From Scenedesmus sp. PABB004 (lineage: Eukaryota), in the NCBI GenBank assembly GCA_014905635.1, contig JABVCE010000024.1:186001-250000 (forward strand): a DNA stretch of 64,000 nucleotides, in the 5' to 3' direction. The position numbers were made by a program, and so were the translations under genes. The stretch's first letter is position 1, and each line of letters starts with the position of its first letter. Of the stretch, positions 43,845-55,952 are shown one piece after another. The notes beneath the pieces were generated by a model that was given only the letters and a program-made list of their open reading frames with translations, was not told the origin of the DNA and ran no database searches.

Positions 43845-46800
43845 GAGGCCCTCGATCGCCGCCGCCAGCGCCTCAATGTCCAGGTCGGGCGACGCCGCGG
43901 CGGCGGCGGCCGCGGCCGGCCGCGGCTGCTGCGGCCCCGCGCCGCGCTGCTTCGCGGCGCCCGCGCCCGCGGGCGCGGGGCCGAGGCCCGCGACCGCCGC
44001 GACCGCGATCGTCGCCGCCGCGACGTCGGGCGCCGCGCCGGCGAGGTGCGGCTGCAGCAGCGCGGCCGCGTTGGCGCGCCGCTGCTTGTGCGTCTTCTCG
44101 GCCAGCTTCAGCCGCCCCTCGACGAAGCTCAGCTGCGGCCGCGGGACGCGCGGCGGCGGAATGAACAACGCCGCGCGTGCTGAAGCGCGCGCGGCGCCGG
44201 CGTCCGCGCCGCGGGGCGTGCCACGGCGCCGGCCGCACCTTGAGGTTGTGGGCGTTGATGGCGAGCATCTCTGGGACATAGAACACGTTGCCGTCGCGGA
44301 TGCGCGCGACGCCCTGCGGCAGCCGCCACGACCCGCCCGCCTGCACGAGGCGCACGACCGCTTCCAGGTTCGCGCAATTGGCGGCTGCGCCGCGCGGCGG
44401 CGGCGGCGGCGCCGGCGGCGGCGGCGCGTGGGCGCGTGGGCTGGCAGCTCGGGCGCGGGCCGGCCGGCAGCAGGGGGCGCGGGCGCGCCGCACCGGTCTG
44501 CACGACGTCGTAGTCGGTGCGGGGGTCAATGAAGCTCTCCAGGTCGGCGCCCGCGTCTGCCGCGCGGCGGCGGCGGCGGCACGCAGTGGTGCTGCGGCAG
44601 CGGCGCGCAGTGCAGCGCGGCACGCGCCGCGCTGGTGCTCGGCGCGGCGGCGCACCGAGCAAGATCTGGATGATGTCCACGTTGCCGTCCATCGCGGCGG
44701 CGGCGAGCGGCGGCGGCCTGGTCGGCGTCGGCGCGTGGTTGACGCACGCGCCGGCGCGCACCAGCACCTCCACGAGCTGCGCGGGCGGGCGGCGCGGCGG
44801 GGGGCGCGGTGGAGGCGGCACGGCGCTCGGCCGCGCGGCGCTCGGCGGTGCAGTGCGCCCAGCGCTGCCAGCGCGGGCCGCGGCGCCGCCTGCGCATGGC
44901 TGCCAGCGCACCGCCGCGTCTTTGTATGACAGCGCGATCGAGAGCGCCGTCTCGTCGGTGTCGGGCTTCACCTCTTCAAGCCAAATGTCGCCACCCTGTT
45001 ACGAGAGCGGCGGGCGGACGTGGACGCGGATGCGGGGGGGGGGGGGGAGGGGGGTGTCGCCGTCACGCGCGAGAGGCGCGGGGTGCCGCCGCCGCGCGGC
45101 GCAGCGCGCGGCCGCCGCGGCGCGCGCGCCTGCGAGAGTATGGCCTGCAGCAGCACGACGGTTTTCTGGCTGTCCTCGCACTGCAGCGCGTTGATGACCA
45201 TGGCTTCAGGGCGCAGCCCCCACTCCGTGGCACCGTCATACAGCTCAGCTTGCTTGTGCGGCGGCACCACGTCGGCGCGCAGCGCGGGCGGCGCGTCGAC
45301 GAGCAGCTGGCACGCGGTGCTGAGGTTGGAGCGGTGCAGCGCGAGGTCGACGGGCCGCACGCCGTCGTACATGCGCGGCAGGTTGGGGTCGGCGCCTGCC
45401 GCGAGCAGCGGGGCTGCGCGGCGCGGCGCGGCGGCGCGGCGGCGGGGGGTCGGCGTGCCCGCCACGGGCGGCGCCACCATGCTGCGGCGGCTGCGGCGGC
45501 TGCGGCGGCTGCGGCGGCGGTGGCGGCGGCGGCGCCCGCGGCGGGGTCGGGACGCACCCACGAGGTGCCAGGCGTCTGCATACGCGGCGCAGGTCAGGGG
45601 CGTCTCGTCGGTCTTGTCCTCGTCGGCGTTGGGGTCTGCGCCGGCGGCGAGCAGGAGCTCCATGCACTCCAGGCTCCTGGCGCAGCAGGCGCTGCCCGGG
45701 CAGCTGGGGTGGCTGGCCAGCAGGTGCAGCGGCGTCACGCCCGCAAACGCGCCGCCGCGCACGGGCGCCGGCTCCGCGCCGTGCGCGAGCAGCAGCTCCA
45801 CCAGCTCAGGGTTGTCGCAGCCGGTGACGTTGGACACGTACAACTGCGCGCGCCGCGGCGGCGCGCGGCGTCGGCCCGGCAGCACGCGTCGCGGCGCGGC
45901 GCGGCGCGCGGCGAAGCGAGCGCGGCACCTGCAGGACGCGGAAGGAGACGGGGCCGGTGAAGTTGCGCCACTCCTTCTCGCTGCACAGGTCTGGCAGGCA
46001 CGCCAGGTGCAGCGGCGTCAGCCCGCACTTCGGCTCGGGCGCGACCGGCGACGCGCCGGCCGCGAGCAGCTGCCGCGCGAGCGGCACGTTGCCGGCCGCC
46101 GCAGCAAAGTGCAGCGCGGTCCAGCCGTGCGTGAGGTGTTCGAAGTCGTCGCCGGCGCCGTCGCAGTGCAGCCGCAGCTTCATGATGCCCACCAGCTCCT
46201 CGGCGGTCGCCCAGCTCTGCGCGGCGCGCCCGCCGGCGCGGCTGAGCGCTGCCGGCCGGCCGGCACGCGGCGCGCGCCGGAGGGGGGGCAGCGGCGCGCG
46301 CACCTCCGGCAGGCGTCGCAGCTTCCCGGCACCGTCCGCGGTGCAGAACTTCAGCACCAGCCGCTTGCGCTCTGCCGCCTGCGGCCCGGCGGCGGCAGCG
46401 GCGGCGGTGGCAGCAGCGTCGGCTGCGGTCGCGGCGCAGCCGGGCGCACGGGCGGCAGCAGCGGCGCCGCGCGCGCTGGCTCACGCTCGGCTTGGGCTGC
46501 ACCCGGGCCGCATCCAGCGCGGCGGCCGCGACCGCGGCCTCCACCGTCGGCACGCCGCCGGCGCCGCTCGGCTCGGCCTGCGGCTTGCGCGCGCCCGGGG
46601 TCCTCGCCGCCTCAGCGGCCGCCGCCTCCTGCGCGGCTGCACCCGCGGCTGCCCTGCTGCAGTAGCTGTCGGCGCTGGCGGCGCCGGCGCTGGCGCCGCT
46701 GCCCGTGGCGGGCGCCGCGGGGCCTCGCTTGCTGAAGGCGCCCCTCAGCCCCGCGAGGCTCTTCAGGCCGGCGCCGCCGGCGCGCCGGCCGTCGCCGCCC

Positions 46801-47084
46801 TGCGCCTCGGCGGCGGCAGCGACCAGCTCCCTCGGGCCGGTCGCAGCCGCCGGCTCCCTGGGGCCGGTCGCTGCCGCCGGCTCCCTGGGGCCGGCCGCGG
46901 CCGCCGGCTCCCTCGGGCCGGTCGCTGCCGCCGGCTCCCTTGGGCCGGTCGCTGCCGCTGGCTCCCTGGGGCCGGCCTCTCGGCCGGCCTGCAACGACTC
47001 GGACTTGGCTCGCATCGTGTCGCTCAACATCTGCACCATCTGCTGCGGCGTCGTGCCCGACGACTGCGGGCCGGGCGCGGACAT
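42666..47084 (-). CDS. Ankyrin-repeat protein with C-terminal C3HC4 RING finger (putative E3 ubiquitin ligase)
   Basis: GWTALHFAA, GLTPLHLAC, GVTPLHLLA, DETPLTCAA, DETALSIAL. The terminal CVICFEGPRRVLLLPCKHLVLCEKCA..CPYCRTPV is a RING. Confidence 0.88.
46826..46975 (-). repeat. 27-bp coding tandem repeat (GPREPAAA[TA]) x5-6
   Basis: The unit ggctccc(t/c)..gggccgg(t/c)cgc.gccgc repeats in tandem and is visible in the translation. Confidence 0.9.
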
Positions 47085-47781
47085 GGCTGGCGCCGGCGCC
47101 GGCCGCCTGCGGCGGCGCCGGGGCGGGCGCGGCGGGCGCGGCAGCAGCGGCGGCAGCAGCAGCGCGGCGCGAGCGGGTGAGGCCTCACAGCGGCGCTCCG
47201 CTGCTGCCACATGCCCCCAGAGGCGGCCGCTGGTGCGGGCGCTGGGGGCGGCGTGCCCCCCCCCCCCCCCCCCCCCCACGCGCCCTGAGCACCGGCTGCA
47301 GCCGTTCGGTTGGTGATGGCGCCCGCCGCCGCTCACCGCCGCGCCCGAGCTGCGGGGGCCCGACGGCCCACGCTACAGCGCTCTCGTGTGGCTTCCCGCG
47401 CGCCAGCACCCGGAACAGCCCCGCCTGCTGGCTCGGAGGCGGCAGCAGCAGCTGCTCGCCGCTGCCGACCGTCGACCTAAGCGCTGCGCCGGACCTGCAC
47501 TGCCGGCCTGTCGATGGCCGGTCGGCATGCCACAGTTGCACACGCGCAGGGCCCCAGCCGCCGTTGCGTTACACGCGCCCGCGCGGCTGCCCGCGCCGCC
47601 GCGCGCGTCACGATGCTCAAGCCGCCGCAGTGCCGTCGCCGCCGCCCGGATGATGATGGTACACCCGCCCCGCCGCCGCCCCCCTCAGCCCTCCGCCATG
47701 TGCACGACCGGCGCCCGCCCCTGCCGCTGCAGGGCCGCCGGCGCGCCGCCGCCGTGCGCCGCCGCGCCGCCCGCTCGCATT

Positions 47782-48520
47782 TTACTCGCCGGGCTCCGAG
47801 AGCACGACGGTGGTGCCGGCCCAGACAACGGAGACGATGCCGGTCCCGAAGAAGGCGAGCGGAATGGCCTTGCTCCACAGCCCCGCGCCTGCGCCCGGGG
47901 CGGCGGCGGCGGCGCGCGCGGGGGCGTCGGCGCGCGGAGCGGCGCGCGGCGCGGCGCGGCAGCCTCGGCGCCAGCGGCCCCCGGGCAGGCAGCCGCGGCG
48001 GCGGCGCCTGCGCGCGCCTGCGCCCGTCTGCCAAACGAAGGGCGCCGCCTCGTGGCCGTGGCCCGCGGCGGGCGCGCTCGTGGAGATGCTCTGCGGCGGC
48101 GTGTGGCGGCGACGGCGGCGTGCGGCGGCGGGCGGGCGGGTGGGCGGGCGGGCGCAGGTGCTCCAGCTGCTGCCGCATCGCGGGTTGCGGGAGAGGCGGG
48201 CCCCGCCGCTCCTTCGACAGCAGCAGCAGCAGCAGCAGCGGCGGGCTCGCCGACGCCGCTGCCGGGGCCGCCGCCGGGCTCGCGGCGCCCGGATCTGGCG
48301 CTCTTCCGGTCTCGAGAGCGGCTCGGGCGCCGGGCCGCGCCCCGGGCGGCCTCGCAGGCCGCGGGGGAGGGCCCCGCAGCAGGCTCGGCGCCCCTACCGC
48401 GCCAGGGCGGCGCTGCTGCTGCTGCTGCTGGCCCACCCGACCCGGCACGAGCCCGCGCAAGCTCACCCGCCGGCCGGCAGACAGCAGCGGGCGCGCCAGG
48501 CGCGCCAGGCCTCCGGACAT
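47782..48520 (-). CDS. Small (~77 aa) single-TM protein with mitochondrial-type presequence; possibly a COX7c/COX8-like subunit
   Basis: Exons 48467-48520, 48018-48090 and 47782-47888 splice (GT-AG, GC-AG) in frame to MSGGLARLARPLLSAGRR SISTSAPAAGHGHEAAPFVWQTGA GAGLWSKAIPLAFFGTGIVSVVWAGTTVVLSEPGE*. A TGTAA lies downstream at 47569-47573 (-). Confidence 0.75.
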
Positions 48521-48885
48521 CTTGTCGATCGACCCTGCTGTCTGGGGGCGCGGGGGGCGTGGGCGGCTCGGCTCGCTGGTGGGCGGGGGGAGTGGCGAGT
48601 GCGCGTCGGCGGCGGCGACCGCGCCGGCGGAGGCGGAGGCGCGCGCAGAGGCCTGGGCCCTGCGCAGCGCCGCTGTTGCCGCCGCCGCCGCGCGCCGCGC
48701 GCGGCCCGCATTGTCGTGGCCCCGACCCAGAGCGCCGCTTCCCAGTGGCCGCAGCAGCTCCCGGCAGTCCAGGCGCGGCGGCCACCGGCGGCAGCAGCAG
48801 CGCGTGGCGTCCTGGCGATGGCTGCGTGAGCGGCGCGGGGCCGCAGCAGCAGCGCGCCGCCGGTCCGGCAAGCCCCCAGGGCGCC

Positions 48886-49426
48886 ATGGAGCAGCCGGTG
48901 CGCCACTGCGCTGCGCCGCCGCCGCGCCGCGCCGCCGCGCCGCCGCGCCGCGCCGCCGCCGCCGCCGGCGGCCTCACGCTCGCCCGCGCGGCCGCGCGCC
49001 GCCGCGCAGGCGGCGGCGGGGCAGCAGCGGCTGTCGCCGTGCGACGTCGCCGCGCTGCAGCGCTGCCTCAAGGAGAACCGGGGCGACCGCCACAAGGCGC
49101 GCGCGCGGCGGGAGCGGGGAAGGCGCACGGCGGCGCGCCGCGGCCGGCGGTGGCGCTCACGCCGACCCGCCGCCGCCGCCCGGCAGTGCGAAAAGGAGGT
49201 GCTGGCCTTCCAGCAGGCGTGCAGCGCAGCGCCGGCGGCGCAGCAGCAGTGCGTGCCGGCGCGGCGGGGGCCGGCAGCCGCTGCTGGCGCGCCGGCGCCC
49301 CGCGCTGCCCAGGGGCGGCGCCGGCAGCCGCTGCTCCCGTCGGCCGCTGTCCGCAACGCGCGCCGCCGCCGCCGCCGCCGCCGCCACCGCCATTGCAGGC
49401 AGCCGGCGGCGGGCAGCAAGCGCTAG
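48886..49426 (+). CDS. Small cysteine alpha-hairpin (CHCH-like) protein
   Basis: MEQP|AAAGQQRLSPCDVAALQRCLKENRGDRHK|CEKEVLAFQQACSAAPAAQQ|..PAAGSKR*, with four Cys in helix-hairpin spacing (CX7C and CX10C). Confidence 0.75.
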
Positions 49427-49600
49427 CCGGGCTGCGGGGCGCGGGCCGGGGCGCTGAGACAGCGCGCCGGCGGCTGGCGCCGCGCGGCCGGGCCATGGAT
49501 TCGCGTTACTTGCAAAAAGAAGCGACCCCCCCCCCCTGGCCCGCGGCGCGCGAGGCCACAAAATCGGGCCCCCCGCCCCCGCGCCGCCGCCGGCAGCAGC

Positions 49601-51004
49601 TCACTCTGCGAGCTCTGGCTTGCGCAGCGCAAAGCGCCCGATCTTCACCTCCAGCTTCTCGCCCCACTCGCCCTGCGGCGGCGGCACAGGGGGGCGTCCG
49701 CGCGCTGCGCTGCGCGGCGCGGTGCGACGCGGCGCGGCGCGGCGCCTGCGGCCAGCCCGTCAGCCCAGCCCAGCCGGTCAGCCCGGGCGGCTGCCAGCGC
49801 TCGCCTGGTCGTCGAGCACCACCATCTCATACTCCCCCTCCATCGTGCCGACCGTGGTGAAGAGGGGGCAGGCCGACTGGTACTCGAAGCGCCGCCCCGG
49901 CTCCAGCACCGGCTGCTCGCCCACCACGCCCGGCCCGCTGCGGCGGCGGCGCGGCGGCGGCGTCGGCGGGCTGCCGCGCCGCACCCACCGCGTGCGCTGC
50001 GCCTGCCACGCGCGCCGCGCGCCGCGTGCCGCGGGGCGAGGCTCACCGCACGTGGTCGACCTTGCCCGTGCCGTCGGTGATGACCCAGTGCCGCGCGCTG
50101 AGCATGACGGGCCGGGGGCCCTCGTTCGCGATGCTCACGCTGTAAGCAAAGAAATACTGCCCCAGCTCGGGGCGGCTCTGCGCCGGGACGTAGTAGCTGG
50201 GGCGCGGCCGCGGACGCGGACGCGGGCGGGCGGGCGGCGGACGCGGCGGACGCGGCGCTGTTGGTTGGTTGACCAGGCGCTCGGCCGGCGGCGCGCGCCG
50301 GCGGCGGTCGGCGCGCGCGTCGCCCCGGCAGGGGCGGCGCACGCCGCGGGCGCGCGCACCTGCGCACTTTCACGCGCACGCCGGCCGTGAGCGTGTCGCT
50401 CGACGTCGGCAGGCCGTCGAGCTCGGGCGGCGCCGGCCGCGCCGCGTCGGCGAGCTCCCGGATCTGGTCGCGCAGCCGCGCCGCGTCCGCGTAGCGCTCC
50501 TCCGCCACGGCCTGGCGGCGGCGGCACGGGGCGCGCGACCGGCCGCGCGCGTGAGCGGCCGGTCCTCGTAGCGGCTGCGACCTGCCCCGCCGCCGCGCCG
50601 CGCCGCCGTGCCGCGCCGCCGCGCCGCCGCGCCTGCTCGAGCGCGAACTTGAGCCCCGTCAGCGGGTCGGCGAGCTCCAGCTCGCGCAGCTGCGCCTTGA
50701 GCGCCGCGGCCGCGGCATAGTCCTCCGCCGCGACCGCGGCCTTGAGCGCGGCGCGCAGCTCCGCCTTGGCCGCCGCCGCGTCGCCGCCGGGCTGCGCCGC
50801 CGCGCTCGCGCTGGCGCTGCTGGCGCCGCTGCTGCTGCTGCTGCTGCTGCTGGCGCCACTGCTGCTGTCGCGCGCAGCCACGGCGCGCCGGCGGCGCGGC
50901 TCGCAGCAGCAGCGGCGCGGCGCCGGCGCCGCGGGCGGCGCAGGTCGCGCGCGCGCCGCCGGCGCTGGTTGCGCGACGACGCGGCCGCTGAAGCCGGCCA
51001 GCAT
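49601..51004 (-). CDS. Plastid-type presequence, two UVR (UvrB/UvrC) motifs and an ApaG domain
   Basis: UVR motifs [20 protein letters not shown] and [17 protein letters not shown]. ApaG motifs [53 protein letters not shown]. Confidence 0.92.
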
Positions 51005-51118
51005 GGCGCGCGTCCGAAGCGGGTGTGGCAGTGCCGGCTGCTGCTGCCGGCGCCCGGCTGCAGAGAGAGAGAGCCGCCCGCGTCGATCCCACCGCCAGCG
51101 ATCGTTCAGTGCCGCGAG

Positions 51119-54100
51119 ATGCGAGGCGGTGCGAGCGAGGAGGTTGACAAAACCGCGGCGGCGCGCAAACCGCCTGTCGCCGCGCACGGCTCGCCCCACG
51201 GCCGTGCCCTCCGTGCCTCCACACCGCAAGCTCTGCACTCCCCCGGCCGCGAGCGGGCGGCCGCGGCAGGTCGGCGGCGCAGCGGAGGACGCGCGGCGAG
51301 CCGCGGCGCCAGCGGCAGCTGGCCTCCGGCCTCCCGGGCGTTCCCCGGGCTGATCCCTCCACCGGCGGCCGCCGATGAACTCGCTCCGCAGCTGGCAGGC
51401 GCTGCTGCAGACGCTCGGGGCAGCGCCGCCGGCACCGGCGGGTCGCCGCAGCCGGCCGAGCCCTGGTTCACGCCCGCGCCTGCACCGCCGAGCCCCAGCG
51501 GCGGCGGCGGGGCGGCCACGCCGGTCGAGGCGTGGTACAGCGTGCTGTCGACCATCCAGGGCGGCGGCGCCGGCGCGGCGCGGCGCGGCAGCCCGGGCAG
51601 CAGCGCGGGCGGCAGCCCCGGCGCGGCGCGCGTGCTGTTCCAGAGCGCCGCCAAGCCGGCGGGTGAGGGGGCGGCGCGCGCGGCGCGCGCCGTGAGCGCC
51701 CGCCGCTGGCGCGCGCACCTCACGACGCGCGCCCGCGCCGCCGCCGCAGGCGCAGGGGGGAGCGCGCAGTCGCCCGGGCCCGGCGCCAGCACCGCCCGCG
51801 CTGCTGCGGCGGCGCGGTCGCCCGCGCGGGGCTCGCCGCAGCAGCTGCTGGCGGCGCGGCTCGGCGAGCTGCGCAGCGCCGCGGCGGGCACAGCCGGGCG
51901 CGGCGGCGGCGGCGCGTCGCCGGCGTCGGGCGGGCGGGCTGCGGCCGACGGCCCTGCCAGCGCGCGGCGGCGGCAGCAGGGCTCGCCGCTGTCGCGGCGG
52001 CTGTTCAGCGACTCGCCGGCGCGCGGCGGGGGCGCCGCGCCGCTCCCGCGCTCCCCGGGCGCCGCCGCGCTCGGCGGCCGCCCGGCCGGGGGGCTGCCGC
52101 CCGCGCCGGCCCGCGCGCCAGCCGCGGGTGCGCTGCCAGCAGCGCTGCCTGCAGCACTGCCGCCGCCGTCGCCGCCGCAGCAGCAGCAGCAGGACCAGCT
52201 GACGGGCGTGCTTGGCCGGATGGAAGAGCTGCTGGAGGCGCTCAAGGTGCAGCAGCAGCAGGCAGCGGTGACGACGCAGCGCCGGCCAGGCGTGGGCGGC
52301 GAGGGCGTGCTGCCGCCGGAGCGCACGGCCGCGGCGGCGCCTGACGCGCCACAGGCGCAGGCGCAGCAGCAGCTGGAGGAGGCCGCGCTGCAGGCGCTCC
52401 TGGCGCAGCAGCAGGCGCTGCTGCAGCAGGCGCTGCGGCGCGGCGCGCCGGCCAGCCCGGCCGGGGCCAAGCCGCCCCCGTCGCCGCGCGAGCGGGGCGC
52501 CGAGGCAGCTAGCGCGCCCGGCGAGCCTGCCGTGACGTGCGTCGCTGGCGCTCCCGGCGCGCTGCTGGCTGGCGGCCAGCAGGCTGGCGACCGGGGCAGC
52601 AGCCCCCTGGCCAGCCGGGCGCAGCCCACGCAGGCGCAGCTGGGCAGCAGCTCGCCGGGCGCTGTGGCTGGGGGCGGCGACGCACCTGCCGCGGCAACGC
52701 CGTGCGCCAGCCCGCCGCGCTCGCCTGCCATTCGCCTGGGCGGCGGCCGCGTGCGCGCTGTGGGGGCTGGCAGCCCACAGGGGTCCTACGCCCAGCGCCT
52801 GCACGCCCAGAAGCGGCAGGCAGCGAGCCAGGCCAGCTCGCCGGTCAGCAGCCCCAAGAGCGCCGCCGGCAAGCTGCGGCGCCACTGGACGCTGCCGGCC
52901 CGCGGCGGGGCCGCTGGGATGCCTGGCCAGCCGGCGCCCGCTGCCGGTGAGCGCGAGTCGTCGCCCGAGGCGGCGGAGGGCACGGCGGGCAGCGAGGCCG
53001 GTGCCGGCTCGCCGACTGGCGACAGCCCCGCGAGCAGCCCGGCGACGCCGACGGCGGCGCCGGGCGGGGCCGGGCAGCCGCCCGACGAGTGCACGCCCGC
53101 CGCGGCGCTGCCGCGCGTGCGCACGCCCGGCAAGGCTGCGGCCGAGGCGGCGGCGGACCTGGCGACGCCGCTGCTCGCCAACAGCGCGGCCGCCGTGCTG
53201 CACGTCAGTGAGGCGTGGCGCGACGAGAGCACGCGCACGCAGGCCAGGTGGCGGCAGCTGCTGGACGAGTGGAGCGCGGAGGAGCTGCTGCCAGACGGCA
53301 GCGCCGCCGCGCGGCAGGCCTCGACCGACCTCTGCAGCAGCTCGGAGGTGCTGCCGGCCGCCATCGACGGCGCGGCGGTCGCAGCGGCGCCGGCGGCATA
53401 CGGCGCGCTGGGCGCCGACGCGGCCGCCGTCGCGGATGGGCGCGCGGCGGGCCGCCAACCGCCGGAGGAGCCCCGCGAGGGCGCAGCTGCGCCGACGGCA
53501 GGCGCGCCCGCGGCGGCGGCCCTGGCCGCCGCCCAGGCGCTCGCGGCGCAGATGGCGCTGCTGGAGCGGCTGCTTGAGGCGGAGCAGCAGGCGCAGCAGC
53601 AGCCGCCCGGCGCCACGGCCGCGCCAGCGGCTGCCGAGTGCGGGGCAGGCGCCGAGGGCGCGCAGCAGGCCCAAGCGGCATCGCCCGAGCGCGCAGCCGC
53701 GGTGCATCTGGCGTGCGCGCTGTCGCCAGGTGAGCAGCGCAGGGGCCACGGGTGGGCGCCGCTGTGGAGGGTGTCAGCGCGTGGCCCGCCGCCCATCTCT
53801 GCCCGCGCCGCTGCGCTGCCCGCAGCCTCTGCCATTGACAGCGAGGTGTCTGAGCTGTCCCTGGCGTGTCTTGAAGTCAAGGCGGCGGGGCAGCAGCAGG
53901 CGCGCCAGCCGCCGCCGCCGCAGGAGAGCCAGCAGCGGCCGCCTAGCCCAGCAGGCGTCCAGGCGGCACCGGCGGCGGCGGCGGCGGCGGGATGGGCTCC
54001 GAGCCTGAGGCGCCCACGCCGGCAGACGCGGGCGCGCCGGCGGGCGGCGCGCCTGCCCCCAGCGAGGCGCCGGGCGGCGGCGCGGCGGCGCCGCTGCCGC

Positions 54101-55782
54101 GGGAGGCCAGCTTTGAGCGGCTGCTGCGCGGCCTGCAGGACGTGCACGACAGGCTGGACGCGCTCAGGCGCCAGCCCGAGGCCCCGCCGCCGGGGCCAGG
54201 CGGCGGGGCCGCCGCGGGCGCCGCGCCGGCAGGCACCGCGCCGCCTGGCAGCCGCAGCCCGCCGCGCCGGCCGACCGCTGCACCCGGGGCGTCCGGGCTC
54301 GCGCCAGGGGAGGGCAGCTTTGCAGGCCTGCGCGCACGGCTGCAGCAGAGCCGGGCGGCGCTGGCCGCGATCGGCACGCCAGGCGGCGGCGCGGCCGCGT
54401 CGCCCCCAGCCGCGGCGGCCGGCCAGACGGCGGTGGCGGCGGCGACGCCCGGCAGCGCGGTGACGCCGGGCGACGGCAGCAGGGACGTCTCGCCACTCGC
54501 GCTGCCCCCCTCGGCCTGGCTGTGCGCCACGCCGCTGCAGCAGTACCTCCAGCGCAGCCAGGCGCGGCAGGCGGAGGCGCTGCAGGGCGGCCAGCGGCAG
54601 GCGCAGCGGCGCCCCAGCGACGGCGACGGCGGTCCGGCGGGCGGCGGCGGGCGGGCGGGCGGCGGCTCGCTCGTCGCGGCGCTGGCTGACAAGTGGCGCG
54701 CCGAGGCGGCGGCGCGGGCGGCGGCGGGCGCGTCGCCGCTCGCTGGCGGCGGCGGGGCCGACGGCGGCGCGACGCCCGCCGCCACGCTGCGGGCGGCCCG
54801 CACGCCGGCGACCGCCGCCGCGCCCTGGCCGCCGCAGCCTGGGGCCGCCCCGTCCGTGCAGCCGCTGCTGTTTGCGATGTCGCCCCTGCACAGCACAGGC
54901 GGCGCCGCCGGCAGCGGGGGGCCAGCCAGCTCCGCTGGCGGCGGCCGCGCGGCGCCCGGGCTGTCGCCGCTGGGCGCGCTGTCGCCGCTGCTGCTGTCTG
55001 GCGGCCAGGCGCAGCCGGAGCTGCCCCGCCAGCGGCGCCGCTGGCAGCAGGACGCCGCCGGCCCAGCTGCAGCCGGCCCGCCGCCGGCGGCCCTGCTGCA
55101 GCGCTGGGCGCGGGACGGCTCGCCCACGCGCCAGCGCCAGGCGGCCACACAGGCGGCGGCGGCGGCGCTGCAGCGGGAGGAGGAGGGCCGGCAGGCGCAG
55201 GAGGCGCAGGCGGCGCAGGACGAGCCCGCGCGCAGCCAGGCGCGCTGCCGCGCGGCCATGCAGGCGGCCGGCGCGTGGCCGGGCGAGGCGGCGCCGCGCG
55301 CCCTGCCGGGCCGTGACGCCAGCCCGCCGGCGGACCAGGCGGGCGGCTTGCCGCCGGCTGGCCGCGGCGGAGCCGCCGCGGCGCTCGCGGCGGCGGCGGC
55401 GGCGGCCGAGGCGGCCGCCGCGGCGCTGGCAGTGCCGCCGGGCGACGGCCGTGGCTCGCCCACGCGCGCGCTCAGGGCGGCGCGCCTGCGGCAGGCGCTC
55501 GGCGGCGGTGGCACGGCGCCGAGCTGGGCGCAGCGCGACCTGCTGCGCGTGGCGCCCGCGCGCGCGGAGAGCCCCGCCACGCCGCTGTCGGCCCTGAGCA
55601 GCACGCCGCGGGCCGCCGACGACGCGCCCGGGACGTGGCTCGGGTGCAGCTCGGCGCCGCGCTTCATCGCCGACCAGGGCGGCGGTAGCGCGACGGGCCG
55701 GCGCCTCGCGGCGGCGACGGCAGACCTGGCCGGCGTGCGCGCGCGGCTGGCCGAGTTGCGCGCGGGCGCGGGCGGGCGTTGA
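51119..55782 (+). CDS. Large low-complexity Ala/Pro/Gly/Gln-rich hypothetical protein with short coiled-coil patches
   Basis: Long frames with coding-like codon use (cag/gag/ctg-rich) and plausible GT-AG introns near 51663 and 53730. One unresolved frame change lies near 53950-54060. No domain recognised. Confidence 0.5.
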
Positions 55783-55952
55783 TCGGCGTTGATCGGCGCG
55801 GCGGTTTCGGCGGGGCGCGGCGGCGGCGGGCGCGGCAAGCGTGGCGGCGGCGGCGGCTCCGGGCTGTCCCCACTCGCCTCGCCTCGCGCAGCCGGCCTCT
55901 CAGCCCGAGCACGGACGCCCCGCGGCCGCAGCAGCCCCGACACACCTCCACG

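Noticed and set aside
50135..53749. Very long antisense or alternative-frame ORFs (also 16142-19291, 1740-4490 and many others)
   Set aside because: These are Arg/Ala/Gly/Pro-rich shadow frames expected when stops are rare at extreme GC, and they overlap better-supported genes.
53947..54062. Programmed frameshift in the low-complexity gene
   Set aside because: No slippery site is evident. A short GC-AG intron (54010-54062) or an indel error in a (GCG)n run is more parsimonious.
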